A stretch of DNA of 52,262 nt, taken from positions 1-52,262 of the forward strand of contig JAYZAN010000059.1 in the NCBI GenBank assembly GCA_036339675.1. The letters are read 5' to 3'. Below, piece by piece: positions 27,157-35,547 of the stretch (positions are counted from its first letter, which is position 1; every line of letters starts with the position of its first letter). The position numbers and the translations under genes were made by a program. The notes beneath the pieces are model-generated. The model searched no databases. It had not been told where the DNA came from and saw only the letters and a list, made by a program, of their open reading frames with translations. This stretch comes from Nitrospinota bacterium. Lineage in GTDB: Bacteria > Nitrospinota > Nitrospinia > Nitrospinales > VA-1.

Positions 27157-28563
27157 ATGAATAATTTTTTCAACCAGAACACGGCCGCCCTGAAATCGCA
27201 TACCGATTCCAGGGATATTCTTTCCCCATCCCTTCCGATAACCATCACGTCCAAAACCACAGTGAAGGGGGACATCACTGTTCAATATAATAATATTTTG
27301 ATCCACAGCGGTTACGATCCGGTGAAGGAAGGGAAAGACTTCGCGAAAAACATCCGGCCCGGAAGCATGGTTTTTCTATACGGGTTCGGGCTGGGTTATC
27401 ATATCGAAGCCCTCCTGAACCGGATCGGGGACCAGGGGATTCTTCTGACCCTTGAATTGAATCCCGATATTCTTTCGGCGGCGATGATCCTGAAGGACCA
27501 GACCCGGTTATTGAAGCATCCCCGATTCAAACTCATCTTCGGTGAAAAGGAAGAGGGGGTCGCTCCAGCGGTCGTGAAATACATGGAAAATTTCAACCTG
27601 TGTCCCGAATCCGCCCGTGAGGTCCTGTTTCACAACCCGTCGTTCCAGTGCATCCCCGATTCTTTCCCACGTATTGCCAATGCACTTGAAATTTTACAGA
27701 TAGAGCGACGGTTCCCGGCAGTGCTAGGGGGATTGGAAGAAACCAACTATCGGCTCAACAGGGAAATAATCCTTCGAACCCCCGGGATCAATTCGTTGCG
27801 GGACACCTTCTTAGGCAAACCGGGAATTCTGATCAGCGCCGGGCCTTCTCTGGATGACGCTTTGCCCTATCTCCAAACCATCCGCCACAAAATTCTCCTG
27901 GCCTCGGTGGACACCACCTTCCCTATCCTTTCCCGGGAAGGAATCATTCCCGATTACGTGTTTTCCCTCGACCCTCAGGAAGAAAGTTTTAACTACTTTA
28001 CCGAAGGACTGGACTTGCCGACACGGCTTGTGTTCACCCCGACGGCGAACTCCAGGATCGTCCACAGTTTCCGCGGGGAGAAGTTTGTGGTGTTCAAGGA
28101 AAACCATTCCCCGACCCAAGGAGACGAGGCCACGATGGTCGAAAAAGGTACCACCCGTTCCGGAGGGTCAGTGTCCTGCCTGGGGCTGGACTGCCTGATT
28201 CAGTTCGGGTGCGAGCCGATCATATTGATTGGCCAGGACTGCGCCTTTTCAGGAAACAGGAGCTATTCAGGCTATTCCCAGACCAATGAAAAACTCATGG
28301 ACAAAATAGACCAGAAGCAATCCCTGTCTACCTCCCACGTTGAAAAAAACCGGGGGAAAAAACAAATCCGGGTCGAGTGCGCCGATGGGAAAGAAGTTTT
28401 TACCAGCCAAGTGATGTATAGTTATCTGCGCACACTGGAGCAACTCGCCAAAGCTCATCCAAACACCCGGGTGTACAACCTTTGTTCCCATGGGGCGTTG
28501 ATTGAAAACATACAGACGCTGGGCTCCATCAGCGAATTGATAACCCTTCTGGAAAATATTTAA
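27157..28563 (+). CDS. DUF115 / MptE-like (motility-accessory-factor Maf-type) protein
   Basis: GKPGILISAGPSLDD...ILLASVDTTFPIL...DYVFSLDPQ matches the DUF115 core as I remember it. 468 aa. Confidence 0.6.
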   Translation: MNNFFNQNTAALKSHTDSRDILSPSLPITITSKTTVKGDITVQYNNILIHSGYDPVKEGKDFAKNIRPGSMVFLYGFGLGYHIEALLNRIGDQGILLTLELNPDILSAAMILKDQTRLLKHPRFKLIFGEKEEGVAPAVVKYMENFNLCPESAREVLFHNPSFQCIPDSFPRIANALEILQIERRFPAVLGGLEETNYRLNREIILRTPGINSLRDTFLGKPGILISAGPSLDDALPYLQTIRHKILLASVDTTFPILSREGIIPDYVFSLDPQEESFNYFTEGLDLPTRLVFTPTANSRIVHSFRGEKFVVFKENHSPTQGDEATMVEKGTTRSGGSVSCLGLDCLIQFGCEPIILIGQDCAFSGNRSYSGYSQTNEKLMDKIDQKQSLSTSHVEKNRGKKQIRVECADGKEVFTSQVMYSYLRTLEQLAKAHPNTRVYNLCSHGALIENIQTLGSISELITLLENI

Positions 28564-28581
28564 CTCAAAACGGTATCCACT

Positions 28582-29184
28582 ATGCCCTTACCTCCTACAG
28601 CCAAAAAGCTTCTTCCCTTGCTTCTCATCGTATCCGCCGCCCTGATCGTCATCGGTGACCAGGTGCCGTTCAAACTGATTGCCCATTCACCCGCAAAGCA
28701 TGAAACCAGTTCAGGTTCGCCAAAACTCTCCGGAGAAAAAATCCGCGATCATGGATCGGAAAGCGATCATCAGGATCCGGAGAAGAACAAACGGATGGGA
28801 ATTTTTCATTATAACGAAGGCAACAAATCATTCCTCTCGGGAAACCTGGAAGAAGCGGTCAAAAATTACAAGATGGCCCTGCATCACGATAAAGATTTTA
28901 TGGACGTCCGGATCAACCTCAGCACCGCTTATCTAAAGGAAAAACAATATGATAAAGCGCTCGAAACGTTGAAGGCCGTTCAGGAGAAACACCCCTCGAA
29001 CCCGAACCTGCATTACAACTTGGGCTGCTATTATTCCCTGACCGGGAACATCGACCAGAGCCTGAAATCCATCAAGAAATCGGTCCAACTGGGATTTAAA
29101 AATGTGCAGGCCATTCATACCGACCCGGACCTTGAAAATTTGCGAAAAGAACCGGTATTTAAAGAATGGTTCGAAACTCTTTAA
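28582..29184 (+). CDS. Membrane-anchored or secreted TPR-repeat protein
   Basis: N-terminal hydrophobic anchor LLPLLLIVSAALIVI, TPR-like repeats (AVKNYKMALHHDKDF..., ALETLKAVQEKHPSNP...), and a C-terminal DPDLENLRKEPVFKEW motif. Confidence 0.6.
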   Translation: MPLPPTAKKLLPLLLIVSAALIVIGDQVPFKLIAHSPAKHETSSGSPKLSGEKIRDHGSESDHQDPEKNKRMGIFHYNEGNKSFLSGNLEEAVKNYKMALHHDKDFMDVRINLSTAYLKEKQYDKALETLKAVQEKHPSNPNLHYNLGCYYSLTGNIDQSLKSIKKSVQLGFKNVQAIHTDPDLENLRKEPVFKEWFETL

Positions 29185-29282
29185 TTCATCAAAGTCGTTA
29201 ATAAAAGTCTTGACGGGGACAATTTATATTGTGTTTTACTTGGCCAGAAGGATTTTTTTTAAACCCCTATTTAAGGTTCGTC

Positions 29283-29684
29283 ATGAACATTCCACGTTTT
29301 GCTCTTTCAATTTTTTCATGCTTTTTCTTTGTCTTCTTTTTTGAATGGGTTTTCCATGGAATACTATTGAAAGACCTTTATACAAGTACCGCACAATTGT
29401 GGCGGACGGAAAAGGAAATGTCGCAATACATGCCATGGGCAATAACCACCCAGCTTTGGTTTGTCCTGGCGTTTGCCTGGATATTCATGCGGAACTACGA
29501 AGGGAAAGCCATACCTGAAGGTTTACGTTTCGGGCTGTACATGGGTCTGTTCATGGCCTCCATGCAATTCGGCTTTTATCCTTATATGCCGATACCGTTT
29601 AGTCTGGCCGGCGCCTGGGTCATCGGCTTTGTCGCAGAGGGGCTGGGCCTTGGTGTCATCCTGGCCCTAACGTATAAAAGTTAA
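29283..29684 (+). CDS. Small integral membrane protein (about 4 TM segments), function unknown
   Basis: Hydrophobic profile of MNIPRFALSIFSCFFFVFFFEWVFHG... and three further hydrophobic stretches. ATG at 29283, inside the ORF that opens at 29229. Confidence 0.5.
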   Translation: MNIPRFALSIFSCFFFVFFFEWVFHGILLKDLYTSTAQLWRTEKEMSQYMPWAITTQLWFVLAFAWIFMRNYEGKAIPEGLRFGLYMGLFMASMQFGFYPYMPIPFSLAGAWVIGFVAEGLGLGVILALTYKS

Positions 29685-29698
29685 TTTCGTAGGTAAAA

Positions 29699-30892
29699 TC
29701 AGTTTTTGTCAGTGGGGAAAAGATTGACCTTACCTTTTTTATCGATGGCCAACCCCATCTTGCCGTCCAGAATGGAGTACAAGCAGGAACCGATACTGTC
29801 TTTTCTCCAACCCTGGAACAAATAGTGTTTTTTTACATCATCGCCCAGTTCGTAACATTTTACGAAATTATGGATCTGTTTTCTGTCGGCGAGAACACTG
29901 GGCTCGATTTTTAATTCTTCGGCGCGAATCTGCACATAAGCCGCCAGAAGCTCCTCTACCCCCCGTTGTGGAGAATATCCGTCCGGTTGCGGCAACAAGG
30001 GATATTGGTCTTCAGGGATTTTTAGTCCCTTCTGAATGACCTCGAAAATCTGCTGGCCACTTTTTTTCACCTCTTTCCGGCCCATTCCCCGAATCGCGGA
30101 AAGCGTTTCCAGGTCTTTCGGCAAAATACGTGCTATTTCCACAAGGGGCTCGTCCCGAACGACGGACTTGGGCAGGGTATCCCGTTTCCTTGCCTCCGCG
30201 TCCCGCCAAAAGGCAAGTTCATTGAGAACGGCTAGGTTTCTGGGTTGTAAATTCCGGATATTTTTGATTTTCAAATAATGCCGGTCCGGTTCCGGCCCCG
30301 CGAAGGTTTCCGGTTTCTCCAGAAACTTGAGTTCACCCTTGACCCATTCTTCCCGGTCCATTTTCCGCAGAACTTTTTTTAGCTTGTCGTAAACCGGAAC
30401 CAGGTAGCGGACATCGTCCAGCGCATAATCGATCTGGTTTTTACTGAGAGGACGGCGACACCAATCGGTATAGGTTTCCGCCTTATCGATTTTTTTTCCG
30501 GTCACCTTCTGTACAATTTTTGCGAATGAAATCTGAGAGCCCCAACCCACCAACGAAGCGGCGATCTGGGTGTCGAAGACCGGACGGATCACCTCTCCGC
30601 AGAGCCGGTGAAGAATTTCAAGATCCTGCTTGGCCGCATGAAAAACTTTAACGATATCGGTTTTTTTTACCAGGTTGAGAAACGGGGTGAGATCTTTCAC
30701 CAAGATAGGATCGATGGCGGCGAAAACTCCACTGCCCGCTACCTGGATCAGGCCCAAGCGGTGATAGTAGGTGGTTTCCCAGACGAATTCCGTATCCAGG
30801 GCCAGCGTATCACAGGATTTAATTCGCTCACAAAGGGAATTGAGCTCCTCCCTCGTGGTGATATACATGACTCTCCTTATCAGAGACTCCAA
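29699..30892 (-). CDS. rnd: Ribonuclease D
   Basis: DEDD 3'-5' exonuclease motifs (LALDTEFV..., FHAAKQDLE, YALDDVRYL) followed by an HRDC-like region. Confidence 0.88.
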   Translation of the reverse strand: MESLIRRVMYITTREELNSLCERIKSCDTLALDTEFVWETTYYHRLGLIQVAGSGVFAAIDPILVKDLTPFLNLVKKTDIVKVFHAAKQDLEILHRLCGEVIRPVFDTQIAASLVGWGSQISFAKIVQKVTGKKIDKAETYTDWCRRPLSKNQIDYALDDVRYLVPVYDKLKKVLRKMDREEWVKGELKFLEKPETFAGPEPDRHYLKIKNIRNLQPRNLAVLNELAFWRDAEARKRDTLPKSVVRDEPLVEIARILPKDLETLSAIRGMGRKEVKKSGQQIFEVIQKGLKIPEDQYPLLPQPDGYSPQRGVEELLAAYVQIRAEELKIEPSVLADRKQIHNFVKCYELGDDVKKHYLFQGWRKDSIGSCLYSILDGKMGLAIDKKGKVNLFPTDKN

Positions 30893-31048
30893 TTCATGGC
30901 TTAATCCCGAATTGAAGACCGTCCCTAATGAAAATCCAATAAAACAGAAAGATTGAATAAAAACCGCTACAAAAAAAGGACGCTGCGGAAAACAGTAACC
31001 GTCTCGCCAACGCCCCCTTGATGTTAAATCATAAACTATGCTGGAAGA

Positions 31049-31258
31049 TCAATCAATTGCAGAGTTATCCATACTTAAAATTCTGCTTTTAAAGGACCTT
31101 TTATTTTTAATATCTTCCAGACCGTGTTCATTGTAAGTATTAGAATAATCAGGTGCAGCGTTTTCATTTTTTTTCCAGAACCGGTTGCTCAATCGGTTGG
31201 AAGAAATGGTTTTTTTAAGTTGCCCTTTAGCGTCAAAAATTCTAACTTCGTAGAACAT
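31049..31258 (-). CDS. Hypothetical 69-aa protein in an AT-rich patch
   Basis: ORF only, no recognisable motif. Basic, low-complexity composition. Coding status uncertain. Confidence 0.3.
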   Translation of the reverse strand: MFYEVRIFDAKGQLKKTISSNRLSNRFWKKNENAAPDYSNTYNEHGLEDIKNKRSFKSRILSMDNSAID

Positions 31259-31487
31259 AAAGACACCCCGAGAAAAAGTTAAATTTTTTCCCTCCTAAAT
31301 TTGGCAACCCTCCTTTAAATCAACCACTTATCCTTCATATGCCTTCAAAAGGCACTTTTACAATAAATTCTCATGTTAAATTTGTCAAGAAAATAAGTGC
31401 AATAAAATCAATAGTTAAATAGCAGGGTTCTCGTCCTTTTTCTCCTTCCGTGCAAAGCGTTCCTGAATGCTAAAAAAGGATTTTTCA

Positions 31488-31516
31488 TTGACTTTTACAG
31501 GTCGATAACCTATTTT
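31488..31516 (+). promoter_or_regulatory. Candidate sigma70-type promoter for tsaB (TTGACT-N17-TATTTT)
   Basis: TTGACT at 31488-31493 and TATTTT at 31511-31516, ~70 nt upstream of the ATG at 31588. Confidence 0.35.
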
Positions 31517-31587
31517 TAATTTTTGAAGGGAAGTGTTCAAAATTTTGCAAAATCACGCTGATTTTGCGGCCAGTTGAATCGGATAAT

Positions 31588-32271
31588 ATGAAAATTTTGG
31601 GAGTTGATTCATCTATCCCTCAAGGCAGTGTCGCCCTGCTTAAAGACCATAAAATCCTTTTCCAGTCCTCCCTCACCGAATCCTCAAAATACTCTGATCG
31701 CCTGTTACCTCTGGTGGACCTCGTACTGAGCAAAACCGGATTTTCCTTAAACGAGGTAGACAGTTTCTGCATCACCCGGGGTCCGGGATCGTTCACCGGT
31801 TTGCGGGTCGGGGTCAGCCTGATCAAAGGCTTTGTGCTCTCGACGGAAAAACCTTTTGTCGGAGTCGACACCCTTGAGGCGGTGGCCGCCTGCGTGAAAC
31901 CCACAGACCAGCTCATCTGTGCCCTGCTGGACGCGAGAAAAAAACAGGTTTATACCGCATTTTTTAAATACCGCCCCGATGGCCCCGAACGAATTTCTGA
32001 AGACCTAGCCATAGAACCGGAAGCCCTTTGCGACGAAATATCCAGTCCGACGGTTTTTGCGGGCTACGGATTGAACACGTATAAAGATTTCCTTCAGGAA
32101 CGGCTAGGCCCGTTATTCATCGCTTCCGAACCCGATCCCGAAAAGACCGTGGCGGCGGGCGCGGCGTTTCTGGCATCGGATCAATTTAAGAAAAAACTGT
32201 CTTTTGACCTGAATGACTTGAAAATCCAATACATCAGAAAATCGGAAGCCGAACTTAATTTCACTGGATAA
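31588..32271 (+). CDS. tsaB: tRNA threonylcarbamoyladenosine (t6A) biosynthesis protein TsaB (YeaZ)
   Basis: MKILGVDSS...GSVALL...ITRGPGSFTGLRVG motifs. ATG at 31588, inside the ORF that opens at 31564. Confidence 0.88.
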   Translation: MKILGVDSSIPQGSVALLKDHKILFQSSLTESSKYSDRLLPLVDLVLSKTGFSLNEVDSFCITRGPGSFTGLRVGVSLIKGFVLSTEKPFVGVDTLEAVAACVKPTDQLICALLDARKKQVYTAFFKYRPDGPERISEDLAIEPEALCDEISSPTVFAGYGLNTYKDFLQERLGPLFIASEPDPEKTVAAGAAFLASDQFKKKLSFDLNDLKIQYIRKSEAELNFTG

Positions 32272-32292
32272 ACAAAATCAAAAGGGGAGAAC

Positions 32293-32520
32293 ATGGAGAT
32301 CGAAAAAGATCTGCTGGAAAAAGTAAAAAGTGAAAACCAGGAATTTAAAAAACTCTTTGATGAACATACGGAATTGAAAGTCCGCGTGGAAGAGTTGAAC
32401 AAACTGAAGTTTTTAACCTCCGAAGAGGAGATGGAAAAAAAGAAGATCCAGGTTCACAAACTGCACTTGAAGGACAAACTGGAAGAGATGTTGAGCCAAT
32501 ATCAGGCCAACCTGCATTGA
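32293..32520 (+). CDS. DUF465-like (YdcH-like) small coiled-coil protein
   Basis: 75 aa. FKKLFDEHTELKVRVEELN plus a heptad pattern resembles DUF465. Confidence 0.6.
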   Translation: MEIEKDLLEKVKSENQEFKKLFDEHTELKVRVEELNKLKFLTSEEEMEKKKIQVHKLHLKDKLEEMLSQYQANLH

Positions 32521-32544
32521 CCGGGCGGTCGAGAAACCCCGCTC

Positions 32545-33837
32545 CTATGGAATCGTTTGAGAAGCTTTTTTTGAAGACGAGGGTTGGCTGACCTGCCAGT
32601 CAAATGATTTTTTTAAAAGCTTAAATAAGTATCCCGGAGTAACCACCCGGTCCGCGGGAATATAGTCCCCGATCACCCCCACCAGGGTTTCTGCCAGAGA
32701 AGGGTTGGCGGAAAGAGTACCCATCAGCCAGCCGCAGAGAACCCGGTTATAAATAAACCCCTGAAGAATTCGGCTCAGCAGAAATTTTTTATTGAACTCT
32801 TTTGCCCGGTTCCGTTCATAGACGGAAAGATGGTTTCTCGAAAAATCGTTGTTCCCGAAGGCGTCATCGATGACCCCCGCAGCGATCTGCGAACTGCGCA
32901 GGGAGAGATAGATCCCCTCCCCCGTGAACGGGTCCATAAACCCCATCGCGTCCCCCACGAGAACCAGCCCGCCGCATTCAGGAGGACGCACCGAGTAAGC
33001 GAGCGAATCCACCGCACGAACCTTTTGAGCAACCACCCCGTTTTTTAAAAGCTTCGCGCGCGAACGGTTTTTCAGCACCGCCTGAGCATAAAATTCTTTT
33101 TTGTCGGAAACTCCCTTAATAAGACCCCGGTCCACCACAAGAACCACGTTGGCCATTTCCTTCCCCACGGACGAAATTCCAGTATAACCTGGAGGACTGA
33201 TATGCATAAAACAGTAATTTTGAGGGAGATTCACCCCACTCCAATGTGCGGCCAGGGCGATTTTTCCGTTTCCAGAATCTTTCTTTATTAAATTGAGTTT
33301 CCTTAAGGAAACGGCGTTTCGTCCCCCGGCATCAACCACCACCCGGGAATTAAACCGGAAAGAAACTTTTTCTTCATCCCACCCTTCAACTCCGGTCACC
33401 TGCCCCTGGTCGAATATGAAATTCGTTACCTTGAAACCCTCCATGATCCGCACGCCTTTTTCCCGCGCGCGGTCCAGCAACAATTTATCCAGAACGGTCC
33501 GGAGAACCGACAGGCTGGACATGGACTGCCCGGTTCCGGGGAAAGCGGGATAATCCACAGAGAAGCTTTCATTTTCATAAGCAGAAATGGAAATTCCCTG
33601 CAAACGGACCGGGGAAAGGGATTCTATTGCAGAAAGAATTCCCAACTCGTCCAGGATGCGGTCCGCCGCCGGGCTGATAAACTCGCCGCAAACCTTATCC
33701 CGCGGAAATCGGGCCTGGTCGAGAAGCAGAATCCGGTAGCCACGTGCGGCAAGAAACACCGCCGATGAAACCCCTGCGGGTCCTGCGCCGATGACGATGA
33801 CGTCGAAACTTTCTCCCTGTCCCATACCTCTTTTCAA
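32545..33837 (-). CDS. FAD-dependent oxidoreductase, geranylgeranyl-reductase family
   Basis: Rossmann motif FDVIVIGAGPAGVSSA, the GD motif LVGDAMGFMDPFTGEGI. TTG at 33837, alternative ATG at 33825. It lies 4 nt after the upstream methyltransferase stop. Confidence 0.8.
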   Translation of the reverse strand: MKRGMGQGESFDVIVIGAGPAGVSSAVFLAARGYRILLLDQARFPRDKVCGEFISPAADRILDELGILSAIESLSPVRLQGISISAYENESFSVDYPAFPGTGQSMSSLSVLRTVLDKLLLDRAREKGVRIMEGFKVTNFIFDQGQVTGVEGWDEEKVSFRFNSRVVVDAGGRNAVSLRKLNLIKKDSGNGKIALAAHWSGVNLPQNYCFMHISPPGYTGISSVGKEMANVVLVVDRGLIKGVSDKKEFYAQAVLKNRSRAKLLKNGVVAQKVRAVDSLAYSVRPPECGGLVLVGDAMGFMDPFTGEGIYLSLRSSQIAAGVIDDAFGNNDFSRNHLSVYERNRAKEFNKKFLLSRILQGFIYNRVLCGWLMGTLSANPSLAETLVGVIGDYIPADRVVTPGYLFKLLKKSFDWQVSQPSSSKKASQTIP

Positions 33838-33841
33838 CCTT

Positions 33842-34552
33842 TTATCTCATCCCCACCAGGGCGATCCGGTAGGGAAAATGCCGATGCACCTCAAACCTTT
33901 CGACCCCCGCTTCCAGGGCCATCTCTTTCATCTCCGAAGGGGTGAAGGCGTTCATCACCGAAACCGGGGCATCGTACCGGGTAAGCCGGTTCCGGGTAAA
34001 AATCCTGGTTAAAAGAACGATGGATACGTAGGCGACCCGGCTGCGGTGCAGGTCGTTGACAATGAACCCGCGGCGCCCGATAGAATGTGCCGACCGCAAA
34101 ATGGAAACCGCATGCTCCCTGGAAAAATGATGCAGCGACAGCGAATTGACTACCAGGTCAAAACTATTTTCCTTAAAAGGCATCGCGAGAACATCGCATT
34201 GGACCAGCTCGATTTCCGGGAAAGCCTTTGTTTCGGTCTTCGCATACCGCACCATCTTGGCGTTGATATCGATGGCCGTGACTCTCACTGGAATTCCCAG
34301 GCGGCGGGCTTCCTGAACGATCGCCGCCGGCTGGTCGGCCGAGCCCGTTGCAATATCGAGGATGGTGAAAGGGCGGTCCAAGGAATGGAGGAGAAGAAAC
34401 TTTTCCACGTGAAACAAGAGAACCCGGTAACCGCTCAAATAACGGTTGACCCTTCGAACGTCATTCAGACTTTCCTCAACCTCCTCGAACGACGCCTGAT
34501 CCAGATCCAAAAGTTCTGCCCGGAGGTTGCGGACGGGGGGCGGGATAAACAT
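33842..34552 (-). CDS. Class I SAM-dependent methyltransferase
   Basis: Motif I ILDIATGSADQ and the post-I acidic residue (AIDIN). 236 aa. Confidence 0.8.
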   Translation of the reverse strand: MFIPPPVRNLRAELLDLDQASFEEVEESLNDVRRVNRYLSGYRVLLFHVEKFLLLHSLDRPFTILDIATGSADQPAAIVQEARRLGIPVRVTAIDINAKMVRYAKTETKAFPEIELVQCDVLAMPFKENSFDLVVNSLSLHHFSREHAVSILRSAHSIGRRGFIVNDLHRSRVAYVSIVLLTRIFTRNRLTRYDAPVSVMNAFTPSEMKEMALEAGVERFEVHRHFPYRIALVGMR

Positions 34553-34610
34553 GACCGGAATTCCTATTTAGCGAAGTACCTCCGCGGGAAAAATTCACGA
34601 CCTATAATTT

Positions 34611-34669
34611 GCGCTCAACGATCATCGTAAGCTCAAATGCAATTAGCCAACTGCCCCCACGGCGAGTGG
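34611..34669. repeat. Intergenic repeat copy R1 (intact): ...CGATCATCGTAAGCTCAAATGCAATTAGCCAACTGCCCCCACGGCGAGTGG
   Basis: It ends 4 nt before the fxsA stop codon, so it lies just 3' of fxsA on the minus strand. The right half matches R2b at 22/27. The left half matches R2a at ~20/30. Confidence 0.6.
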
Positions 34670-34673
34670 ATAT

Positions 34674-35069
34674 TCATTCCTTGAAGAAATAATACATTTC
34701 ACCGCTCGAAATTTTTTTCCTGACGAAATTTGCCGCAATCTCTTTGAATATCCCGCGTGTGGCCGGAATCAGTATCAGAATGCCCAACGTATCGGTGATC
34801 ACGCCGGGGGTGATCAGCAACATGCTGGAAAGGACCATGACGGCGCCATTGAGGGTTTCGCCCTCGGGGACGGAACGGGATTTCAAGTGCCATTGCATCT
34901 TCACAAAATACTCGTTACCCCAGCTGCAACCCAACACCACACCGAGCAGAAAGGTCAGCATGATCAAAGACAGGGTATTCAATACACTGATGTAGGTACT
35001 GACCGACTTTAAAAGATACAATTCGACGGCGGTACCCAATGCGAAAAAAAATCCAACGGGCATTGTCAT
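34674..35069 (-). CDS. fxsA: FxsA-family inner-membrane protein
   Basis: LLITPGVITDTLGILILIPATR matches the conserved FxsA motif (LLxxPGFxTDxxGxxLLxPxxR). Three hydrophobic segments. Confidence 0.75.
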   Translation of the reverse strand: MTMPVGFFFALGTAVELYLLKSVSTYISVLNTLSLIMLTFLLGVVLGCSWGNEYFVKMQWHLKSRSVPEGETLNGAVMVLSSMLLITPGVITDTLGILILIPATRGIFKEIAANFVRKKISSGEMYYFFKE

Positions 35070-35125
35070 GAAAAAAATCCTTAAAAACGTTTACGGTCCG
35101 ACGGTTCTACATACATGAACAATTA

Positions 35126-35153
35126 AAAATATCACGACCTTCCTTCCTGTCAA
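35126..35153 (-). promoter_or_regulatory. Candidate promoter for fxsA (minus strand TTGACA-N16-TATTTT) within a duplicated TTTGACAGG box
   Basis: The plus strand carries CCTGTCAAA twice (35146-35154 and 35161-35169). On the minus strand the proximal TTGACA is followed 16 nt later by TATTTT. Confidence 0.3.
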
Positions 35154-35290
35154 ACAAAAACCTGTCAAAATCCGCATAAACAGAAAGGGTCTGGAGCATC
35201 GGCCCCTTTAATTTCAGAAAGACCCATCAACGGCCGGGACGGGCCACGCCCGCCAGTATAACGCTGGACCCAACGGAATAAGTCAAGAAT

Positions 35291-35329
35291 CGCGCCCCGC
35301 GATTATCGTTAACTCGATGAGCATTAGCC
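35291..35329. repeat. Repeat copy R2a (left half, ending in TTAGCC)
   Basis: CGATTATCGTTAACTCGATGAGCATTAGCC compared with R1 CGATCATCGTAAGCTCAAATGCAATTAGCC. Confidence 0.5.
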
Positions 35330-35514
35330 CGCATATTACATAAGCTTTGTAGGATAAAGATTGGAAAACCTTGTTGAATCATCCTCCCCCCTCCCTCTCC
35401 CGTCGAGAGAGGGGGACAAAATGTTCTTTCTCCCCTGGCGGGAGAAGGTGAGGATGAGGGGGGTTTTAAGAGGCCGAAGGCTTTCCACTATGTTTTACTC
35501 ATGAAATATGCAGG
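35330..35514. mobile_element. MITE-like non-autonomous insertion (~185 bp) with imperfect terminal inverted repeats and a TTAG(CC) flanking duplication
   Basis: The left end GCATATTACATAAG (35331-35344) matches the reverse complement of the right end CTCATGAAATATGC (35498-35511), which is GCATATTTCATGAG, at 12/14. TTAGCC occurs at 35324-35329 and 35515-35520. Joining the flanks recreates the contiguous R1 sequence. No ORF inside. Confidence 0.5.
35383..35463. repeat. GC-rich nested-palindrome core (predicted three-way junction) inside the MITE-like element
   Basis: Closing stem CCTCCC (35383-35388) / GGGGGG (35458-35463) with one G-U pair. Hairpin A is 35391-35399 / 35407-35415. Hairpin B is TTCTCCC (35428-35434) / GGGAGAA (35440-35446). 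Confidence 0.45.
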
Positions 35515-35541
35515 TTAGCCATCTGCCCCCGCGGCGAGCAG
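35515..35541. repeat. Repeat copy R2b (right half): TTAGCCATCTGCCCCCGCGGCGAGCAG
   Basis: 22/27 identical to R1 at 34643-34669. It ends 6 nt before the stop codon of the 411-aa gene. Confidence 0.6.
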
Positions 35542-35547
35542 CCGGGC

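Noticed and set aside
32545-34552. The methyltransferase plus FAD-oxidoreductase pair as tailoring enzymes of a type III polyketide (alkylresorcinol-like) cluster.
   Set aside because: No polyketide synthase or any other biosynthetic core gene is present in the window. The association is from memory only, so no claim is made.
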